64,000 nt of DNA from Octopus vulgaris (taxonomy: Eukaryota): contig OX597816.1 of assembly GCA_951406725.2 (NCBI GenBank), positions 34,348,001 to 34,412,000 of the forward strand. Direction: 5' to 3'. The position numbers and the translations under genes were made by a program. A model generated the notes under the pieces. The model saw nothing but the letters and a program-made list of their open reading frames with translations. It had not been told where the DNA came from and ran no database searches. This document shows, one piece after another, positions 55,491-64,000 of the stretch. Each line of letters begins with the position of its first letter. Within the stretch, counting starts at the first letter, position 1.

Positions 55491-56594
55491 CCACACCTAC
55501 CTAATGGAAAACTGGAAAAAGTATTTAGATGATTGTTTCATCATATGGAAATAACCTTATGAAAAACTCTTGGAATTCAAAACCATACTAAACAACATAC
55601 ATCCCAACATCCAATTCACTATGGAATTAAGCAAACATCATCTCCCATTCATTGATCTCCTAATTATAAAAACACCTAAGAACCAAATCATAACAGACAT
55701 CTACCACAAACCTACAGACTCACAACAATACCTCCTCTTTAGTTCATGCCACCCAAAACACACCAACACAAATATCCCTTTCAATTTAGCTAAAAGGGTA
55801 TGCACCATTGTCTCGGATCCAAAAACACGAGAAATACGCCTTCAAGACCTCAAAAAAACACTATTACAACGTCAATATCCCTCCACCCTTATAGAGTATG
55901 GAATAAAACGCGCCAAAGAACTAGACAACACTACACTGAAAACCACCCAACCTAACACCACACACAACCTCAAAATACTTCCATACATTTCCACCCACAA
56001 CCCCAAAAATATCGAAGCATACACCACAATCATACAAAACCTCAGTCTACTGTCAACAGACCCCAAAAATGAAAAACATTATAAATACACACAAAATCCT
56101 CAAATGCAAAAGGCAACACAAATCTTTAAAAAAACTCTTGACAAATGCCAAACTTCATACACCACATCCACCCCCAACAGTAAAAAAATGTGCACGCTCA
56201 AACTGTGGTACCTGCCCCTTTCTACTTGAAGGCTCTGAATTTACCTTCAAACAAGGTACGAAGTTTAAAATCAAGACTAACTTCTCCTGTTCCTCCGAGA
56301 ACCTTATCTACGTTCTCACATGCGCATGGTTGCCAACATAATTATGTTGGACAAACGAGTCTCCCGTTACGTAAACGAGTAACGGTGCATAAAGAACAAA
56401 TAAATCTCCCGGAATACCGACAAATTCCACTGAGTGACCACTTAGACTCATGTGCTAAAGACTTAAACCCCAAATTCTATATATTCCCCTTCTACCAATG
56501 TAAAGACGGGATCACCACACAGGAGAGAATTAACAAGGAGAATCTCTTTATTGAAAAATTCCAAACACAACTTAATATGCAAACTCCTCGTTGA
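55491..56594 (+). pseudogene. PLE RT C-terminal half + Cys-rich linker + GIY-YIG endonuclease (frameshifted)
   Basis: WKKYLDDCF; LNNIHPNIQFT; LPFIDL; TDIYHKPTDSQQYLLFSSCHP; CARSNCGTC; NLIYVLTC..YVGQT...LRKRVTVH; KENLFIEKF...LN. Confidence 0.92.
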
Positions 56595-57225
56595 TCAAAC
56601 TTCCTTTCTCTACCTCACTCTTCATGGATGGACTAACACAAATATATAAAGATACCATGCATTCATCACTTCAAGCTAAAACTTATATTCTTTAAATATC
56701 ATTTTTACTATTGTTGTTATTACTATCATTTTTATTATAAATGATATGACAATTTGAAATGCAATTGTCTATGCAGATTTATATTATTAGAAAATAATAT
56801 AAATAAAGTGTTAAAATCTGAAAGTTAAGTTAACAAGCAATTATATAAAAAAGATAATGCAAATGAAGCTAAAATGATAGTTTTATAATTTGGGTTTTAT
56901 TGAAGAACTCAAAAGAGTTGTCTCCCCTTACCCACAACACAGGAACTGAAGAACCAGGACCACAATTACTACTACTTCCTGCCCTGCAACATGCTGAATT
57001 TAACAACACAACACATCACATGCTCTTAATCCCTTTGGATCTTAACACCTCAAGGTAATTTTTTAGTAAACAACCATAAAACTCAAGATACACAACGAAC
57101 TCACAATGTATCGGAGAAATTATTTTTTAATTTTTGTACATTTTTATCATTATTCTTTTACAAAAAACAATGCAATTTTCTTTTTTTCCCTTTCTAATTT
57201 TTAAAATAACTTCTTAAAACATAAA

Positions 57226-57266
57226 TATTCTTGACAAGTCATACAATGACGAAAACCGGTTGAATA
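57226..57266 (+). ncRNA. Minimal type I hammerhead with U3-A8 core covariation
   Basis: TATTC-TTGACAA-GTCAT-ACA-ATGAC-GAAA-ACCGG-TT-GAATA: perfect stems I and II, palindromic AACCGGTT. Confidence 0.7.
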
Positions 57267-57403
57267 AATATATATTTATATATTTTATCATTTTCTCATT
57301 TTATTAAAATTTTCTTTCATTTGAGCATTCTGCATTTTTTAAAAAAATTTTCCTTACTTATCATTTCTCCACGTGCGGTCAACACAACCCCACCATTTAT
57401 TGA

Positions 57404-57460
<57 letters not shown>

Positions 57461-58245
57461 GCTTGTATATGTATATATGTATGCTTGTATATGTATATAT
57501 GATGTGCTCCTTTCAGTTTCCATACACCGACCATGTCCACACACAGATCTCTGTCTTGGAAGCATGTGTCTGGGAAGTAAAATTTCTTATCATATATCCA
57601 CTACTCTTTGAAGCATTTCGCCCGTCTTTATGATCTAATACATATTTTGCCGAGTTAACTTAGCCTTTCATCCATTTGGAGTTGCAGGAATGTTCAACAG
57701 CTGCGTCTTGGATTGTTTGTAATCGATTAAACGCCTTCCGTAATAGTTCAGACTGTGTTTATTATAAACAGAATTAGTTGATAAAAGTAAAAAAATATTC
57801 CTTTAACTGTTGAAAGAATTTTTGTTCATCCAATAAATATTTAATTTTTTTACAACCAATTTAGTTCGTTAACTTCAGTCAATTTCCTAATAAGTATTAA
57901 TGCAAATATTTCCCTTGCCATTTTCCTGTTTTGTCGTCTGATTTCGTTTATAATAGTAGCGTATTTTAAAATAGATATTAAAGTGTTGTTAAATAATTCG
58001 CTTTTCAATTCTGAGGTATTTTACCAATGTGAAAAATAGTTATATAAATGTTTTTTTCTTCAGTCGAGAGCCTGGTATTTCCTAACATATTAATATACTT
58101 CTAATATTGTAACGACTGGCACTTTCAAAAAATTATTGCAGTATATCCCACTTGTGCAGCGAATGTTCAAATATGCATCTCCTTGTAGTTTTTAACTTTA
58201 CTTTTTTAAATTTAACAAGTCAAAATTTTAGGATCTCTCTCTCTC

Positions 58246-58297
<52 letters not shown>

Positions 58298-61200
58298 TAT
58301 GTATATAGGTGTATATGCGTATTTATATATATGTAGGTGTGTATAAAGAAAGGCATTCATAGTGATCTTCATACATTTAATTGTTTGTGCGTTGTGCATT
58401 TACAAATCTTTCTGATACGCATTTTGGGTACGTTATTTTTGCTACTTATTCAATAGGCCACTTGATTACTTGAAAATACTTAGCGACCATTAAAAATTCT
58501 ATCGGCGTCGGATTCAGCAGATCAAGTGGGAAATTAAATAAGAACATAAGTTATGGAAAGAAGGCGGGAAAGGAGAGGAAATGAGAAAAATATGAGAGTG
58601 AGTGAGTAGGAATTAAAAATAGAGGAAAGAAAGAGGGAGGAAATTGGTTACAGCTCCATCTATAGGAAAGAAGGTCACCCTGATAATACGTATATATGTA
58701 TTTTGATATTATATATGTGTATATACATTTTACTATTATTATGCATAACCGCTGATAATATTATAGATACTTAATGTAGAAGTGCTTTAATGCAATACTT
58801 TTTAAAATGTTTTTATGAATAAAATTTGAAACATAATCTGTGAAATTTTAATAAATTATGATTTATCAGAATTTACCAATATGCGCACGTGTGTGTGTGT
58901 GTGGTAAGAGAGAAAGAAGAAGAGAGATAGAAAGAGTGATATTAAAGGTGAGAGAGACCTACATATATTAACTTAAGTTATGTTTCGATTGAATATATTT
59001 AATTTAATATTTTAACCATGCATTTGAAATACCTAATTTTGCTAGCACATAAATAATAAATAAGAAGGAATTATATAACATTGAGAATAATATTATAGTG
59101 CAGGTTGAAATGTTTTAAAAGCATTAGAAATTCTGAAATATTTCTCAATATTTATGGCCCTATTTTCAGAATTACTTGGGTAATTTTCGAATATTACATT
59201 TTCAAAAATGTAATCGCATTAGAAACAGGTGATTTTGATGCTAAGGATTTTAAAACACTAATAGTATTCCATTTGCAACATGAATATTTCAACAGCTGAT
59301 GGCGAAGCACTCTCTTTATGATTATTATATTTAAAATTAAAGAGTGAAAACAATGCACTTTTCTTTATTCATGTAGACTTGCATGATATATACATACATG
59401 CACACACATACATTATATATATATCTATAGACAGAGAGGAAACAGAAAGCGGAAGAGAGAGAGATAGAGAGAGAGAGAGAGACTGGTATATTGATAGAGA
59501 ATAGGATGTAGAAGAGAACGCATATGGAACGCAAAAGGAATATTTGTTTGTTAATCTTCACAAATTATATATTGTGTATGATTTATTAATTCAAATATTC
59601 CAGCATTTCCATTAATACCGTTAAAGAAAGACTTTGATTCTTTTCAAACTTTAATTGGCATTTTTTCAGTCATTGATAAGCAGAAGCTTCAAAATGAAAA
59701 TATTTGTATTCTTGTACAACTGAATTCATTTCCTCGGATGGATTCTTTTGTTTCTGCTAAAGATTTTTTTGCATGTTTTCTTCATTAATATATATTATCT
59801 ATGTAGATGCTTCTGCCGTTGGAGATAAAACATGAAATATATAATTGATTGGTATGAATAGAACATGTTACTTCGTTTATTCTCAGGTCGGTATGTTTGT
59901 AGAGCTTACCTAAACAATGGTTGAATGTTGTATGGATGGATTGTATTTGACGCTTAGAAACAGTGAAATATATCATGTCTTCTGAGCATCAATTGGCCTC
60001 AGTGATATAAAATACTCAAATAAATTAGAATATTAAGTTATTTTCCCTAGAAGCCAGCCAATATGTTTATGTTATGTGCGTTCCGTGTATTTTTATGTAT
60101 CATTAAAAATCATATACTTACAAAGATTAGTTTTGTGCGCCAATTAAAACATCTAATTGCCATTTATTTTTCGACTCATCGGTTAATTTTTCTATTTTGC
60201 ATCAGTGTGTACTGGTAAAAGTTAACGTCAGAAATGTTCCTTTCTTCTTATTATTTCACCGACTATTTTAAGTTTTATACAATGCCGTTAAAATCAAAAA
60301 TGAAATTTCACTGCTTGACAGTTAAAGAATATTTGTTTATATAATAAAGTAAAAAAAAATATTTTATACTTAATACATCACAAAGTAGATTAATTTATTT
60401 TGTGATCAGAGTAACTTTGTGAATGCTCAACACATCAAGAGGACACTGACGAACGTAGAGTAAAAATATATTCAAGGACGAAAGCAGATGTAAGTGCACT
60501 CACATTGGTAAGATGAAACAAACTTAAACCTATGATATATATTTAAGAACTTTATATATCTCATGTATTGTTCACTTACAATATGTGTAATATAATATGA
60601 GAAAGAGAATAATCACTCGTCATGTTCACAGTGGGGTATTTTTATGATTGTCCTTAAATATTCTGAATTAAACAATTATTCGTATTGCCGCTGTGTAGCG
60701 TGAATTGTATCACAAATGAGAATTGGAGAGCTGATCAACGCGGTGATATTCTAGAATTCGCCTATCAAAAGTAATTAAGATTAAAATGTATATTAAAGCT
60801 TCAAACACCTCTGATGGAGCAGACAGTCGTCGAGTATCGTTTTCCCACATCAGAAAATATATGACTTACAAAGATGTGTCATTTTATATATATTTTACAG
60901 AGCAACAATTTTTTTATGTTTACACAATGTCATTGCTGCAAGAATTGCCCATTCACACACGCTCTCATCATTGATAAGACTGCATTCAAATTAAAGGAAT
61001 TTGATAGGGGAAGTTTATGATCTATCTATAGTTACTGATACGAATTGGTAAATACAAAAAATGATTCTCCTGTAATTGGTTGACTGATCCTAATTACTAC
61101 CAACACAAACTCAATGCATGTTAGATTACTATATACTTTGGCTATAACGTAAGACTACACCTCAAATAAAAACACGCTTTTCCTGTAATTTGTCTGTCTT

Positions 61201-62794
61201 CGAAATGCATTACGTTTGTAATTGCAACATCAAAAATCCTGTTATTTTAATCTCGTGTTTTGGCCAAGGCTCTCTTAACAAGACAATGCGTTTCTGATGA
61301 ATGAGTTGATGTGTAATTCGATTAATGTGGTCACTGTATCTTCCCTGGTAGCTCAGTGTATGCACGCACTTTTAAGATAAACACAAAAATTTGATTACCT
61401 CACTAAAATGCATCCTGTGTGATTATTGGCATAGGAAAGTCTTAAATAAGGATTCTTTACATTATATATACTTTCATTTGCAGGGCGGTAGTAACGAAAA
61501 ACTTATTTCCATCTAAATTATCAATGTGAAACGCATCATTGATGTTTGGCACCTGGCAATCATCTACGTGAAAATTTAAATAAGATTTGAAACAAGAAAA
61601 CCGTAAGTGTTTCTTTAACCCGATCAAGCGTAGTTTGTACTGAATGAATGTGAATACATTTACGTCTCTGTAGAGCTGATGTTTGCACATATTCTTCTCT
61701 GTATGTTTGTGTAAGGTTGCATCACGAGGAACACAACACTTGCGGCTATAAATGGTATGTACGAAAGGTTAAGGAAAAAGGTTTATGGAGAATTGGGACC
61801 GAAGATGTGTGGTGTTTGTCAGAATATTGAAGAGCTGCACTGGGCAAAGCCTGCTACTACAATCGGTTGTTTAAGCACAATATCTTTAACAAATAAAATG
61901 TTGATTAGTCTACAAAACAAAGATGGCAGGAACCTGATATCTGAATTAAAAATCTGCTAATAAAATGTGTGAAGTAGTGAGAGCATTTAAAAAAATAGAT
62001 GTTGCAGATAGAGAATCAGTTTGCAAAAATCAGAAATGTGAATGTTATGATGACTGCCTTTTGTGCGAGAAATGTGTTGGTGAGGACCAAAAAACTATGA
62101 CAACTAGCAGGAAACAAAGGCAAGAACTAACTGCAGCACGTGAGGCGGGGAGTTGGTGATTCAGTCTTCCACAACTAACAGATTACGAGTACAATTTAAG
62201 TGAGCGTAACAGAGGAGTGGAGAAGAGGGAAGAGTTTTAGGAACGGACTGGATTTTTTGGGAGGTGTGCAGGAACTTATGACGGCAAGGATAGCTGATGA
62301 GGTGTTAAAAAGTGATAGTAAGTTAAGATGTGGGATAGGTACGGAGCAACTAGAACCGAATTGCTCTCTATTTATCCTGAATGAATTTTGCGAAGCTTTA
62401 GGTTTGCATGTAAAATGTGTAAGCAGTGTCATAGTCATGACAGGCGCGGTGCATATGCAGGATTTCACCTTTCATTGATAGGTTTCTATAACGACAGGTA
62501 CATCTGTTCTCTCTTCTTTTATAGAAAACATTCAGAACATAATATGGTTATATGCACCGGTTATACACAAGCTTCAATTAATTTAGTATAAGTACATTAA
62601 CAATGAACATCAAATAATTCGGTGATCATTTATTTTCAACCTTATCTGCTTCAGTATGGACGAAAACTTCAGTTGAGTGGGAAACGCCGTAATATATTAT
62701 AGAATATATTTGATGAAAATATTTTACAGGATACTGTATATACAAAGAAATATTGCAGACTAATGCCTAAGTAAATGATTAAAAACGCCTTCGT

Positions 62795-63410
62795 TGTGTT
62801 AAGTCCCACCCTCTACTATTTAGCCTAGATTATATATATACGTACGTTGGAACGTAGCATCTAAGAGCTAGCCTTTGGCTGCTATTTGGATCATGTCGTG
62901 TCCACTACTCTTATTATTTGGTATTGGCGTAATTTGTCTCTTACTCGATTGCGCTAACTGCCACACATGACTAAGATCATATAGGACGACATTTTCGAAC
63001 ACTACTTCGAGCCTACTTCTTTCAATAAAAACCCAGCTTTTCCCTCTATATACGTCTTTGGTTCCTGACCTTTTAAGATCAAGCCAGTGACCACGTAGAC
63101 TCAGCCAGTTCCAGTGACGACGCCAGACAACATGCCACCACAGAAGCTACGTTGAGGCTCACCAACTTCGTCCAATAGCATTCGGCAACCTCCAATTCCG
63201 TCGCCACCATCGTCCTACCGTCTATATCACGTACACCACTCAGCAAGCAACTTACTTGTTCATGAATCACTTCACCAGGGATCAACAATGAAATTACAGC
63301 CTACAAGAATTCCTAAGCATCACAGGCTTGACGTCATGTACAACATGTATCTGTAATTGGCTCAGCATCATGGCCACAACTTCTTGATACAGTATTTCAA
63401 CTGCCGTGTA
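62795..63410 (+). mobile_element. Possible Gypsy LTR + gag remnant
   Basis: LTR-like segment with TATA-like run and AATAAA (~63024), then a GC-richer stretch with ATLRLTNF and LQEFL, reminiscent of Gypsy gag; weak. Confidence 0.3.
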
Positions 63411-64000
63411 CTAATGATTATGAAAGGGTATTAATTATCTGTCTAGTGCCTATGAATATTCTTCTCACTTCTCTTTATAGGTTTTTTCACTGTTATTCTT
63501 CTTCATTGCTATTCTTATATGTTCTTAACAACCCCATATATCTATGCCTACATACACATATATTTGTTATCATGACAGTGTGTCTGTTATTCTGTATACA
63601 TGTTTCACACACAAAAACACATGTTTATAAATTCTCCCTTAATCATTCTACGCGGTTGTGTCTCCTTTTTGCTTCTGGTAAATATATGTATTATTCCAGG
63701 TATATTTATTGATTGTAAGGACTGTCTGATGTACTAAAGATCCATCTTCGTCACCTCGCATCGCACGGTTGTAACACTATAGCAAAGTATGGTAGGTGCT
63801 ATTTGTGGACAGAAACTGAAATGGAACATTTGTACAGGAATTGCTGGTGGAAGTGGGATATATTTCTATAGAGTTAGTAAGAAAATATGCCGACATCTAA
63901 CAGACCGCTCCAGACTTGCAGTTAAAAATATTTGTGTGCAATTGTGCCTCTTCAGAAATAGAAACTACAGCAGTGATTTCGAGCTCCACAATTACTTCTA

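Larger units (their letters stand above)
54852..57358 (+). mobile_element. 5'-truncated Neptune-type Penelope-like element with inverted 5' pLTR
   Basis: 54852-55489 is a near-identical reverse complement of 56724-57358, with only a handful of mismatches seen; RT-GIY-YIG remnant between the arms; (TA)n at left. Confidence 0.92.

Noticed and set aside
54852-57358. TIR DNA transposon
   Set aside because: The internal ORF is RT + GIY-YIG and the arms contain a hammerhead, so this is a PLE inverted pLTR.
61440-62480. Cluster of short ORFs with coding-like composition
   Set aside because: No recognisable motifs or consistent splice structure; needs BLASTX or RNA-seq.

Overview
AT-rich, microsatellite-dense eukaryotic non-coding DNA. 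The SINE and microsatellite landscape suggests an Octopus-like cephalopod (inference). I found no intact host gene; almost all listed ORFs are microsatellite artefacts. The window consists mostly of decayed mobile elements: several Penelope-like elements (PLEs, including a near full-length Hydra-type copy at ~11.0-15.4 kb and a Neptune-type copy with 635-bp inverted pseudo-LTRs at ~54.9-57.4 kb), RTE/CR1/L1-like LINE remnants, a Tc1 element stretched to ~7.7 kb, mariner MITEs, three tRNA-SINE families and a 36-bp minisatellite. The most interesting signal is RNA-level: about nine intact or decayed minimal hammerhead ribozyme (HHR) motifs from about five families. These include a U3-A8 core-covariant HHR and a short non-coding element (tRNA/Pol III head + (AAT)n + HHR tail). 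That element occurs twice as a PLE-style fold-back insertion and is a candidate Penelope-mobilised, ribozyme-bearing SINE. All alignments and folds were done by eye, so boundaries are approximate.
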